A stretch of 64,000 nucleotides of DNA from Deltaproteobacteria bacterium (GTDB lineage: Bacteria; Myxococcota_A; Polyangia; Polyangiales; Sandaracinaceae): positions 531 through 64,530 of the forward strand of contig JBKDQC010000599.1 in NCBI GenBank assembly GCA_046342295.1, given 5' to 3'. Made by a program: the position numbers and the translations under genes. Of the stretch, positions 35,684-45,456 are shown piece after piece. Positions within the stretch are counted from its first letter, which is position 1. The number at the start of each line of letters is the position of its first letter. The notes beneath the pieces are model-generated. The model had not been told where the DNA came from, did not search any database, and was given only the letters and a program-made list of their open reading frames with translations.

Positions 35684-36685
35684 TCAGGCCGCGCGACGGC
35701 TTGGTCGCCGACGAAGCAGCCCCACGAGCCCGAGCCCGAGCGCGAGCCAGCCAGGCGCGCCCGCGCGGCCTGGCGTGGCGCTGCAGTGGCCGTTGGTGTC
35801 GGGCTCGGTCGGCATCTCGGCCGAACCGCCGTCGATGCTCGAGGGCCCCGCATCCGACGTTCCCGCGTCGAGCCCGCCACCGACGGCGTCGGTGAGGGCG
35901 AGCTCCTCGAGGCTCTCGATCTCGTCGTCCGTCAGCGGCCGGCGCGTGTCGGCATCGACGACGGTCGCGGCTTCGCAGTCGTAGCTCTCGGAGAGGGATG
36001 GCGTGCTCAGCTCTGGAGGCGGCCCGGCAACCGCCGCATGTCCGGTGAACGTGACGGCCGCGGAACCACCCCGTGCGCAGGGGATCGGCACCGCGACGGT
36101 GAGCCCTCCGCTCCGCAACGGGCGAGGGCTCGTGGTCTCGTCGTCGGTCTGTAGCCACCAATCGTAGGCATCGAGCCACGGAGTGATGGAGGCATCGGGC
36201 GCGAGCGTGACCTCGACCCAGTGGTAGCGCTCTCGCCGGCCCCGGGTCACGTAGTACGCTTGCAGCGGGCCTGCCGTGAGGGTGCCTAGCGCGAGGGGTC
36301 GATCGGCGGGCGCGGCCGCCGTGTACGTGGCGAGAACGACGCGCCCGGTCGGGCAGTCGGTGCGCACCAGCTCGTAGTCCTCTCCGGGCTCGAGGGCCGC
36401 GTCCAAACGGAAGATCGTGCGGGCTCCATCCACCGGGATCGACGCACCCGCCACGGGCGCCCGCGACTCTCGCTGCACGAGCTCGGCCACCACCGGCCTC
36501 GCGATCTCGATGCGCGGGAGGTTGGCGGGGACCTCGCCCGCCTCCGGGATCGTGCGCGGCGCATCGAAACAACTCCCAACATCGACAACAGGCGACTCCG
36601 CCATGGCCTGGCCCGGCGCGAGCGCTGCGCACGCCGACACCAGCCCTGCCAACCAGGCTTCATTCCGAACTCTGCGAACCGTCAT
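35684..36685 (-). CDS. secreted protein with MYXO-CTERM-like C-terminal sorting tail
   Basis: Strong AAGGAGGA Shine-Dalgarno sequence and a signal peptide. The C-terminus reads GHCSATPGRAGAPGWLALGLGLVGLLRRR. Confidence 0.75.
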   Translation of the reverse strand: MTVRRVRNEAWLAGLVSACAALAPGQAMAESPVVDVGSCFDAPRTIPEAGEVPANLPRIEIARPVVAELVQRESRAPVAGASIPVDGARTIFRLDAALEPGEDYELVRTDCPTGRVVLATYTAAAPADRPLALGTLTAGPLQAYYVTRGRRERYHWVEVTLAPDASITPWLDAYDWWLQTDDETTSPRPLRSGGLTVAVPIPCARGGSAAVTFTGHAAVAGPPPELSTPSLSESYDCEAATVVDADTRRPLTDDEIESLEELALTDAVGGGLDAGTSDAGPSSIDGGSAEMPTEPDTNGHCSATPGRAGAPGWLALGLGLVGLLRRRPSRRAA

Positions 36686-36815
36686 CGCGTCCTCCTTGGC
36701 GCGAACTGCGCCACCGCTCTCCGAGACACCGGAGAGGCACGTGACGTGCCGTGACGGGTCCACTCGAGGCGCTCCGGGCTGCGTGGAGAGGGGCCGCGCA
36801 GCCCCTCGGGTCCAC

Positions 36816-37616
36816 TCATCGCCCGAGCTCGAGGCCGTAGGGCGCGTCCGAATCGAACGCGAGCGGCACGACGGCGCCCACGGCGCTCACCGGCAGCCGT
36901 TCGAAGAGCGGCAGCGCGTGCGCCGCCGGGTTCTGGAGGACGCGTGCGCCGAGCGCGCGCCCGAAGGCCTCGCGCGGCATCGGGACGCGGCCCGCGAGGG
37001 CCACGACGCGGACGATCTGCGCGAGGGGCGTCGGCCCTGGCTCGGCCGAGATCACGACGCCGACCGAGAGCCCCGCGCGCCGGTCCTCCTCGCGCTCGCC
37101 CTCGACCCGCGAGAGCGGCGCCGGGATCACGTCGTCCGCGCAGCTCACGACCACGTCGCCGCCCCGCTCGTTCACGAGCGCGATCGCCTCGAGCATGCCG
37201 GCCTCGAAGCTCCGCGCGCCGGCCGCGAGCGCCGTGGAGAAGGCCGTGTTGCTCTGACCGATCGAGCCGAGGCCGCTGCCCGCGTTGTGCACGCTGTTCT
37301 TGAAACGCATGGGCGAGAGCTGGCCGTCGCCGCGGAAGATCGTGTCGAGCAGCAGCACCATGGTCTCGATCTCGCCGAAGCTCGACGTGTAGATGGTCGC
37401 GATCGACTTCGGATCGCGACCAGCCGCGGTCACGGCCTGCGCCGCAGCCTCCCCGAACATGCGCGTGAGGCGGCTCGAGCCCCGGAGGAGCCGCGGCGGG
37501 ACCCATGCACACGGCGCATCGTCGAGACTCGGATCATGAGCCCCCTTCATGAAGGCCTCGAGGCTCCCGGTGCCCGGCGCCCAGAGCGAGAGGCCGGTGA
37601 TCCAGAGCGGCCTCAC
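36816..37616 (-). CDS. beta-ketoacyl synthase chain-length-factor-like protein (no active-site Cys context)
   Basis: LWITGLSLWAPG...RLTRMFGEAA...SSFGEIETMVLLLD...MRFKNSVHNAGSG. GTG start in a GTGA overlap with the ketosynthase stop. Confidence 0.72.
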   Translation of the reverse strand: MRPLWITGLSLWAPGTGSLEAFMKGAHDPSLDDAPCAWVPPRLLRGSSRLTRMFGEAAAQAVTAAGRDPKSIATIYTSSFGEIETMVLLLDTIFRGDGQLSPMRFKNSVHNAGSGLGSIGQSNTAFSTALAAGARSFEAGMLEAIALVNERGGDVVVSCADDVIPAPLSRVEGEREEDRRAGLSVGVVISAEPGPTPLAQIVRVVALAGRVPMPREAFGRALGARVLQNPAAHALPLFERLPVSAVGAVVPLAFDSDAPYGLELGR

Positions 37617-38938
37617 GCGCCACCCCCGTGCCGCGCGCGAGAGCGCACCCACGACGGGCTCCCGATCGCGAGGCAGACGTTCGAGCCGCCGAAGGCGAAC
37701 GCGTTGCAGAGCGCGACGCCGACCTCGCCGTCCGAGCGACCGTCCGCAAGCACGTTCACGCGGATCGCAGGGTCCTTCGGGTCGGCGCCGAGCGAGCGCG
37801 GGATGCGGTTCGTGCGCACCGCGTGCGCCGCGAACACGGCGGAGGTCGCGCCCGCGGCGCCGAGCTGGTGGCCGGTGTAGCCCTTGGTCGAGATCACGGG
37901 CACCTCCGGCCCGAGCACGCCCTCGACCGCCATGGACTCGGCGACGTCGTTCTGCGGCGTGGCCGTGCCGTGCGCGACGAGCAGGCCCACGTCCGCCGGC
38001 GCGAGCCCGCCCATCGCGAGGGCGCGCTGCATCGCCTCCTTGGCGCCGCGGCCCGAGGGCTCGGGCGAGGACATGTTGTACGCGTCGGACGACTCGCCGA
38101 CCCCGAGGAGGTAGGCGAGCGCGTCCTCGTGCGCGTCCTCGTGCTCTCGCTCGAGCAGCATGAGGCCCGCGCCCTCGCCGATGTTGATGCCCGCGCGGTC
38201 GCTCGAGAACGGCTTGCAGTGCGTCTCGGAGAGAATGCCGAGGCCCCGGAAGCCGTGGAGCGTCATCTTGCAGAGGCTGTCGATGCCTCCGACGAGCGCC
38301 GCGTCGATCAAGCCGAGCTCGATCAGGCGCATGGCCGACGCGTGCACCTTGCCGCTCGAGCTGCACGCGGTGGACACGACGTAGGTCGGCCCCGAGGCGC
38401 CGGTCATGCGGCGGACGAGCACGCCGAGTGCGTTGAAATCGTGCTGGGTCGCGAGGTCGTAGCCTGTCGGCATCGCGCCACCTTCGGGCCCACCGGTCTC
38501 ACACCAGTGGCGATAGGCCGCCTCGGTGGCGTCGAGGCCGCCGGTGCTCGTGCCCACGAGGACCGCGACGCGGCGCGGCCCCCAGCGCGCGAGCGCGCGG
38601 TCGAGCGCGGGCCGCACCTCGGAGAGCGCCATCGCGCCGATGCGAGCCAGGCGTGTGTCGTACGCGCGGTCGGACGGCGCGAGCGCCGGCAGCGACCCGG
38701 GCACCGCGCCGACGACGGTGGGGAACGGCAGCGAGAGAGAGAGCCCATCGAGCTGGTCCGAGGGGCGGAGGCCGGTGCGGCCCCCGTCGAGGGCGGCGAG
38801 CGTCTCGGCGGTGCTCCAGCCCATCGAGCCGACCGCGGACATGGCGGTGATCAAGAGGCGCGACACCCGCGTGGCGTACCACGGATCCCGCGTCGGACCG
38901 CCCGCCCGCGGGGGCGCGCACGCCAGGCACCGCGACAC
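37613..38938 (-). CDS. beta-ketoacyl-ACP synthase (KAS II-like)
   Basis: VSTACSSSG (active-site Cys), HGTATPQND, GHQLGAAG and NAFAFGGSN. The GTG at 38866 (VSRLLITAM...) is the more likely start. Confidence 0.88.
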   Translation of the reverse strand: MSRCLACAPPRAGGPTRDPWYATRVSRLLITAMSAVGSMGWSTAETLAALDGGRTGLRPSDQLDGLSLSLPFPTVVGAVPGSLPALAPSDRAYDTRLARIGAMALSEVRPALDRALARWGPRRVAVLVGTSTGGLDATEAAYRHWCETGGPEGGAMPTGYDLATQHDFNALGVLVRRMTGASGPTYVVSTACSSSGKVHASAMRLIELGLIDAALVGGIDSLCKMTLHGFRGLGILSETHCKPFSSDRAGINIGEGAGLMLLEREHEDAHEDALAYLLGVGESSDAYNMSSPEPSGRGAKEAMQRALAMGGLAPADVGLLVAHGTATPQNDVAESMAVEGVLGPEVPVISTKGYTGHQLGAAGATSAVFAAHAVRTNRIPRSLGADPKDPAIRVNVLADGRSDGEVGVALCNAFAFGGSNVCLAIGSPSWVRSRARHGGGA

Positions 38939-39069
38939 CGATGTCAGATTGCGCGGCCGCGGGCCCTGTCGATAGGCTTGAGCCTCTCTTGAACGTTGGT
39001 CGGTAGGCGTGTTAGCACCGCGGGCCGATCACGTTCGTGGTGGTTCGTGGCTCGTAAGAGGAGGCTCTC

Positions 39070-39975
<906 letters not shown>

Positions 39976-40014
39976 GCCTGGAGGCGTGACCGCGAGGTCG
40001 CGCCGGGCGTTCGC

Positions 40015-40045
40015 GAGGCCGCGTCCCTCTCCGGGGCGCGGCCTC
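40015..40045 (+). terminator. candidate hairpin terminator (weak T-tract)
   Basis: GAGGCCGCG-N13-CGCGGCCTC followed by TTGCGTT, 40 nt after the stop. Confidence 0.35.
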
Positions 40046-40194
40046 TTGCGTTCGCGCCCTGCTCAGGGCCCGCGCACGAACAACCTCCAGAGCCGCCCGC
40101 TCTCCTCGAGATACTCCCAGGATTCCGCGTCGCTCGGTCGGCACTGGCGGGGCGCCACGACGGCGATCCGAGCGGGTGATTTCTGCACGGGCCC

Positions 40195-40629
40195 TCACGA
40201 CAGGAGGAGGCGACCCCACTTCAGCCTCGGCGCGAGCCAAGCGTCGACCGAGAGGCGGCCCGGCCCCGCGATCGCGAGGACGAGCCCACACACGAGGTAG
40301 AGCACCGCGAGCTCCTTGCGACCCCACGGATCGCCCGCGTGCACCACGAGCCCGGCGACGATCATGGTGAAGGTGTAGGGGATCGCCGCCAGGCGCGTGA
40401 GCACCCCTGGCACGAGCAGCGCGGCGCAGACGAGCTCGCCGAAGATCGCGAGCGCGAGGCTCGTCGCCGGGCCCACGCCGAGAGGGTCGGCGAAGTCCGC
40501 GGACATCTCGGCGTAGCCGGTGGCCTTGGACCAGCCGTGCACCATCATCATCGCGCCCGCGGCCATGCGGAGGAGGAGGAGGGCAACGGACACGGGGAGG
40601 GGCTCGCGGGCTCGCGCCATGTCGACCAT
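40195..40629 (-). CDS. DoxX family membrane protein
   Basis: LLLRMAAGAMMMVHGWSK...FGELVCAALLVPG...GPGRLSVD. Confidence 0.85.
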   Translation of the reverse strand: MVDMARAREPLPVSVALLLLRMAAGAMMMVHGWSKATGYAEMSADFADPLGVGPATSLALAIFGELVCAALLVPGVLTRLAAIPYTFTMIVAGLVVHAGDPWGRKELAVLYLVCGLVLAIAGPGRLSVDAWLAPRLKWGRLLLS

Positions 40630-40671
40630 GGCGGACGGCTACCACGCGGGCCGTCGCTCCGCATGGCGTGT

Positions 40672-41379
40672 TCACACGAACGTGATGTGCTCCTCCTCGA
40701 GGTGCGGCAGCGTGTTGAACGAGAAGAGCGTGAGCCCTCGCTCACCGCGCAGGGCGAGCTCGCTCATCGCGGTGTTGCGGGTCGCGAACATGAGCTCGAA
40801 GGTCCGCTCGAGCGAGCATCCGAGGGCCTCGCCGACGACGGCCGAGATCAGACCACCGCTCGAGATCACCCAGACCTCGGCGTGGTCTCCGAGCTCACCG
40901 AGGCGCGGGGCGATGGTGCGCGCGCGGGCCATGAAGTCGGACCAGCGCTCGACGTCGGGGTGGTGGAGCTCGCCGCGCGCCCACGCGGGCATCGTGAGGA
41001 GGATGAGCTCGACGAAGGCGCGCTTTCCCGCGCCTCCGAACGCGCGGCGCGCCGCGTCGCCGATCGCGTCGTCGCGCTTGGCGAGCTCGGGCGCGAGCGC
41101 GACGAGGAGCTGGATGCCATGGTGCTCGTCGAGCGCCTCGAGCGTCGTGGGCTCGGCCAGAGCACGCCCGCCGGCCTCCTGGTAGGCGGACGCGAGCTCG
41201 AGGAAGGTGTCGCGGTGCCGACGGCGGGGGCCGACGAGCACGTGCGTCGGGGCCTTGCCACGCATGGCGAGCCAGCGACCGAGGCGTTGGCTCTGGAGGC
41301 GGCCGAGCGCGGAAAGATCGTCGTAGTCGCTCGCGCCCGCGGAGGCCTGTCCGTGCCTGACGAAGAGCGCGCGCGTCAC
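40672..41379 (-). CDS. histidine phosphatase (phosphoglycerate mutase-like) family protein
   Basis: The GTG start gives VTRALFVRHGQAS (RHG motif). GTGA overlap with the upstream stop. Confidence 0.78.
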   Translation of the reverse strand: MTRALFVRHGQASAGASDYDDLSALGRLQSQRLGRWLAMRGKAPTHVLVGPRRRHRDTFLELASAYQEAGGRALAEPTTLEALDEHHGIQLLVALAPELAKRDDAIGDAARRAFGGAGKRAFVELILLTMPAWARGELHHPDVERWSDFMARARTIAPRLGELGDHAEVWVISSGGLISAVVGEALGCSLERTFELMFATRNTAMSELALRGERGLTLFSFNTLPHLEEEHITFV

Positions 41380-42062
41380 GACAGCGCGATCCCGTTCGAG
41401 GAGAAGTCCCACGCCAGGCGAACGAGCACGTCCACGAACTCGACCACGAAGAAGCGCCAGTAGCCCCACGCCACCACCGCGAGCAGCGCGAGCTGCGCGA
41501 GGGCCCGCACGCCGAGCCACGGCTTGGGGGACGCGTCGTCGACCGCCTGCTTCATCGCGCGAAGGCGGAGGCTCTTGCGATCGCCGCTCGTGAGCTCGAG
41601 CAGGAGCTCTCGACCGGACTTGGCCGCCCCGTACGCGGCGAGGAAGAGGTCGGCCGAGACACCGACCGGAGCGCGCCGCCCCTCGACCGTCGCGACGAGC
41701 GCGGTGCCGCCCTCGAGCGAGAGCCTGCCCCGGACCCAGGCGGATCCCTTGGCGAGGGCGTGCTCGAGCGTCCCGAGCGCGGGGAGCCTCTTGCGGCGAG
41801 GCGGAACCGGCACGATCGGAAGCACCAGGCCGACGCCCCGACCACCGGCGCCGAGCATGGCGAGGCAGAACGTCAGCCCGACCGCGACCTGACCCACCGC
41901 GAACACACCCAGGGCGGCCTGGCCGACCGCGATGACGCCGCGCGCGACCTGCCCGATCGCGATCACGCCCGTCGCGAACTGCCCGAGCGCGATGAAGCCT
42001 GTCGCCTCCTGCCCGATCGCGATGACGCCCTCGGCGTGCTGGCCGACCGCGAAGAACCTCAT
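41376..42062 (-). CDS. membrane protein with about 12 N-terminal xAxGx pentapeptide-type repeats
   Basis: FAVGQ HAEGV IAIGQ EATGF IALGQ FATGV IAIGQ VARGV IAVGQ AALGV FAVGQ VAVGL, followed by TM segments. The underlying 30-nt periodicity spans 41889..42062. Confidence 0.7.
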   Translation of the reverse strand: MRFFAVGQHAEGVIAIGQEATGFIALGQFATGVIAIGQVARGVIAVGQAALGVFAVGQVAVGLTFCLAMLGAGGRGVGLVLPIVPVPPRRKRLPALGTLEHALAKGSAWVRGRLSLEGGTALVATVEGRRAPVGVSADLFLAAYGAAKSGRELLLELTSGDRKSLRLRAMKQAVDDASPKPWLGVRALAQLALLAVVAWGYWRFFVVEFVDVLVRLAWDFSSNGIALS

Positions 42063-42146
42063 GGAGCGCAGAGCATATCCGAGCGCAGCTCGGCCGGGTC
42101 GGCTTTGACGAGGCCCCCGCCCCCTGCTACATGGCGCTCCCCTTCA

Positions 42147-42219
42147 GGGGTCGTAGCTCAGATGGGAGAGCGCCTCGATGGCATCGAGGAGGTCAGGGGT
42201 TCGATTCCCCTCGACTCCA
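42147..42219 (+). tRNA. tRNA-Ala (anticodon GGC)
   Basis: 73-nt cloverleaf folded by hand: acceptor GGGGTCG/CGACTCC with the G3:U70 Ala identity pair, anticodon loop aTGGCAt, T-loop GGTTCGATTCC. CCA is not encoded. Confidence 0.93.
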
Positions 42220-42230
42220 CTAGGATGAGA

Positions 42231-42254
42231 AAGCCCGCGAAAGCGGGCTTTTTC
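42231..42254 (+). terminator. rho-independent terminator after the tRNA
   Basis: AAGCCCGC-gaaa-GCGGGCTT followed by TTTT. Confidence 0.85.
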
Positions 42255-42302
42255 GTGTCTGTGCGACCGAGGTCGCACCGCGGCCGCGTGTGGAGGAGCG
42301 GG

Positions 42303-42917
42303 TCAGGGCTGCTCGTCCAGGCCAACCGCGCTCATGAACCGGTCGAGCTCCGCGCTCGTGCACTCGAGCTCGGGGGCGGCGGCCTCGAACCAGCCGATCG
42401 CGCGCATGGCGCTCGCGCGCTCGGGCTCGTTCGCGCCGATCGCGAGGGGGCGGCGGCCCACGCCGAGGTGCAGCACGCGCCCGCGTCGGCCCCACGAGGC
42501 GTAGACGCCCTTCTTCACCGATGCGCGCACCGACGCGATCGGGGCGCGCGAGATCTCGGGGCCGTCGGTGCGGAGCAGGACCACAGCTTCTTCCTCGACC
42601 CGCAGGCGCCTCCCGCCGAGCTGGAGGAAGAGCATCGCGAAGAGCGGCAGCACGGTCATGGGCAGCGACAGCGAGCAGAGGCTGATCGCGACGAGGTAGC
42701 CCCAGCCCGTGATCTGGACCGCGAACGTGGCGACCGCGATCGCCACGCCCGAGAGCGCCAGGCCCAGGCCCAGACCCGTCATGACGCCCGCGCGCAGGAC
42801 CACGCCGAGCCACGGATCGAGCACGCTGCGCTGGAGCGAGAGCTCGAGGGTCGTGACAGGGCCGCGCCTGTCAGTCGGCGTCGCGGCGTGGCGTCCTCCG
42901 GGTCCGTCTTGAAGCAT
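42303..42917 (-). CDS. hypothetical membrane protein
   Basis: Two or three TM helices followed by a soluble domain. The internal ATG was chosen, and the start is uncertain. Confidence 0.55.
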   Translation of the reverse strand: MLQDGPGGRHAATPTDRRGPVTTLELSLQRSVLDPWLGVVLRAGVMTGLGLGLALSGVAIAVATFAVQITGWGYLVAISLCSLSLPMTVLPLFAMLFLQLGGRRLRVEEEAVVLLRTDGPEISRAPIASVRASVKKGVYASWGRRGRVLHLGVGRRPLAIGANEPERASAMRAIGWFEAAAPELECTSAELDRFMSAVGLDEQP

Positions 42918-43023
42918 CGATCGCGGGTCGCTATGTAGCGCACCCCCTCCGAGGGCGACACCGCAGCGAGTCACCCAGCGCGGCCCTTCGAACGACCCCA
43001 CGAGACACGGACCACGAGACACG

Positions 43024-45396
43024 ATGAGCGACACGACCATTCCCGAGACCGGCGCGCCCCCGACACCCACGTTCGATCCCACGCCGTGGTTGGCGCGCGA
43101 GCTGGGGCTGCCCGAACGCGGCGTGCGCGCGGTGGTGGCGCTGCTCGCGGAGAACGCGACGGTCCCGTTCATCGCCCGCTACCGCAAGGAGGCGACCGGC
43201 GGCCTCGACGAGGTGCAGATCCGCGACATCCAGGAGAAGCGCACCTACGTGCTCGAGATGGAGGAGCGTCGCGCCGCGATCCTCGAGGAGATCGGCAAGC
43301 AGGGCAAGCTGACGCCCGAGCTCGAGAAGAAGATCCGCATGGCGGCCACCAAGGCCGAGCTCGAGGATCTCTACCTCCCGTACAAGCCCAAGCGCCGCAC
43401 GCGCGCGATGATCGCGAAGGAGCGCGGCCTCGAGCCGCTCGCGCTGCGCATCCTCGCGCAGCCGGGCGAGGGCGATCCTTCGGGTGAGGCGCAAGCCTTC
43501 GTCGATCCGGCCAAGGAGGTGCCCTCGGTGGCCGAGGCGCTCAAGGGTGCGCGCGACATCGTCGCCGAGATCGTGGCCGAGCGCGCCGAGGCGCGCGCGA
43601 TCGTGCGCGAGGCCTTCGAGAAGGAGGGCGTGCTCACGACCACGGCGGTGCCCGAGAAGACGAAAGAGCCGACGAAATTCGAGCAGTACTACGAGTTCAG
43701 CGAGCCGATCGCGCAAATTCCGTCGCACCGCTTCCTGGCGATCCGCCGCGGTGAGAAAGAAGGAATCCTTCGGACCGAGATCGGGCTCGACGCGGAGCGC
43801 ACGGTGCCCAAGCTCGGGGCGGTGATGAAGCTCGACCGCCGCTCGCCCTGGGCGGGTGAGCTCGAGGCCGCCGTGCTCGACGGCTACAAGCGCTTGCTCG
43901 TACCGAGCGTCGAGAACGACGTGCGCGTCGAGCTGAAGATGAAGGCCGACCGCGCCGCGGTCGACGTCTTCGCCGACAACCTGAAGCACCTCCTGCTCGC
44001 GGCGCCGCTGGGCACCAAGACCGTGATCGGCGTCGATCCAGGCATCCGCACGGGCTGCAAGATCGCGGTGCTCGACGCGACCGGGAAGTTCCTCGAGAAC
44101 ACGACGATCTATCCGGGGCAGGGCGCGGCCAAGGACGAAGAGGCCAAGCGCATCGTCACGGGCTTCGCCAAGAAGTACGAGCCCTTCGCGTTCGCCGTCG
44201 GCAATGGGACGGCGGGCCGCGAGACGGAGAGCTTCGTGAAGAAGACGCTCGCCGAGGCGGGTCTGTCCACGGTGCTCGTCGTGCCGGTGAGCGAGTCGGG
44301 CGCGAGCGTGTACTCCGCGAGCGACGTGGCGCGCGAGGAATTCCCCGATCTGGATCTCACCGTGCGCGGCGCGATCTCGATCGGGCGGCGCCTCCAGGAT
44401 CCGCTCGCCGAGCTCGTGAAGCTCGACCCGAAATCCATCGGCGTCGGTCAATACCAGCACGACGTCCATCAGCCGCTCCTCGGCCGAAAGCTGGGCGAGG
44501 TCGTCGAGAGCTGCGTGAACCGCGTGGGCGTGGAGCTCAACACCGCGAGCGCTGCGCTGCTGTCGTACGTTGCAGGCGTGGGGCCCTCCCTCGCGAAGAA
44601 GATCGTGAAGCACCGTGATTCGAACGGGCCATTCTCCAGCCGCTCCGGGGTGCTGGAGGTGTCCGGCCTCGGGCCGCGCGCGTTCGAGCAGTGCGCGGGC
44701 TTCCTCCGCATCCACGGATCCTCCCATCCGCTCGATGCGAGCGCCGTGCATCCAGAGCGCTACGCGCTGGTCGAGCGCATGGCCGCCGATCTCGGCGTGA
44801 GCGTGGCCGAGCTCGTGGGCCAGAAAGACAAGGTCCGCGCGATCAAGCTCGAGAAATACATCACCGAGGACGTGGGGCGCCCCACGCTCGAGGACATCCT
44901 CGTCGAGCTCGAGAAGCCCGGCCGCGATCCTCGCGCGAGCTTCGAACCGCCGAAATTCCGGGATGACGTGACCACGCTCGAGGATCTCAAGGAGGGCATG
45001 ATCCTCGAGGGCGTGGTCACCAACGTCACGGCCTTCGGCGCCTTCGTGGACGTGGGCGTGCACCAGGACGGCTTGGTCCACGTGAGCCGCCTGAGCGACC
45101 GCTTCGTGCGCGATCCCGCCGAGGTCGCGAAGGTCGGCGACAAGCTGAAGGTGAAGGTCCTCGAGGTGGACCTCGCGCGCAAGCGCATCTCTCTCTCGGC
45201 GCGCATGGACGAGAGCCCACAGCGAGGCGCGCGTGACCCGAACGCCCGCGACGGGCGCGGCCACGTCGGTGGGCCCAACCGCGGGTCGCCGCAGGGCGGC
45301 GGACACGGCCGGGGCGGGCCGCCGCCGCGGACGGGCGCGCCACCGCTCGCCACGAAATTCTCGAACAACCCGTTCGCGGGCCTCCTCAAGAAGTAG
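43024..45396 (+). CDS. tex: Tex-like transcription accessory protein with S1 RNA-binding domain
   Basis: VPFIARYRKEATGGLDE, a YqgF-like core (GVDPGIRTGCKIAV), an HhH region, and a C-terminal S1 domain (GMILEGVVTNVTAFGAFVDVG...GLVHVS). Confidence 0.93.
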   Translation: MSDTTIPETGAPPTPTFDPTPWLARELGLPERGVRAVVALLAENATVPFIARYRKEATGGLDEVQIRDIQEKRTYVLEMEERRAAILEEIGKQGKLTPELEKKIRMAATKAELEDLYLPYKPKRRTRAMIAKERGLEPLALRILAQPGEGDPSGEAQAFVDPAKEVPSVAEALKGARDIVAEIVAERAEARAIVREAFEKEGVLTTTAVPEKTKEPTKFEQYYEFSEPIAQIPSHRFLAIRRGEKEGILRTEIGLDAERTVPKLGAVMKLDRRSPWAGELEAAVLDGYKRLLVPSVENDVRVELKMKADRAAVDVFADNLKHLLLAAPLGTKTVIGVDPGIRTGCKIAVLDATGKFLENTTIYPGQGAAKDEEAKRIVTGFAKKYEPFAFAVGNGTAGRETESFVKKTLAEAGLSTVLVVPVSESGASVYSASDVAREEFPDLDLTVRGAISIGRRLQDPLAELVKLDPKSIGVGQYQHDVHQPLLGRKLGEVVESCVNRVGVELNTASAALLSYVAGVGPSLAKKIVKHRDSNGPFSSRSGVLEVSGLGPRAFEQCAGFLRIHGSSHPLDASAVHPERYALVERMAADLGVSVAELVGQKDKVRAIKLEKYITEDVGRPTLEDILVELEKPGRDPRASFEPPKFRDDVTTLEDLKEGMILEGVVTNVTAFGAFVDVGVHQDGLVHVSRLSDRFVRDPAEVAKVGDKLKVKVLEVDLARKRISLSARMDESPQRGARDPNARDGRGHVGGPNRGSPQGGGHGRGGPPPRTGAPPLATKFSNNPFAGLLKK

Positions 45397-45456
45397 GGCC
45401 TCTTCGAGACCACCGATCCGAGCAAGGCCGCATCGATGGTCGCGCGAGCGGGCGCG

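Noticed and set aside
36698-36713. TGGCGCAGTTCGCGCC (minus strand) upstream of the MYXO-CTERM gene, considered as a sigma-54 promoter.
   Set aside because: The GG/GC spacing fits. However, the element abuts the AAGGAGGA Shine-Dalgarno sequence, so a start site about 12 nt downstream would remove the ribosome-binding site. It also has a -24 mismatch (GCGC for GCAC).
42147-42917. The tRNA-Ala gene as an integration hotspot flanked by a genomic island.
   Set aside because: Downstream of the tRNA I saw no integrase or recombinase and no direct repeat of the tRNA 3' end. There is no compositional shift. A clean terminator and ordinary genes (a membrane protein, then tex) follow.
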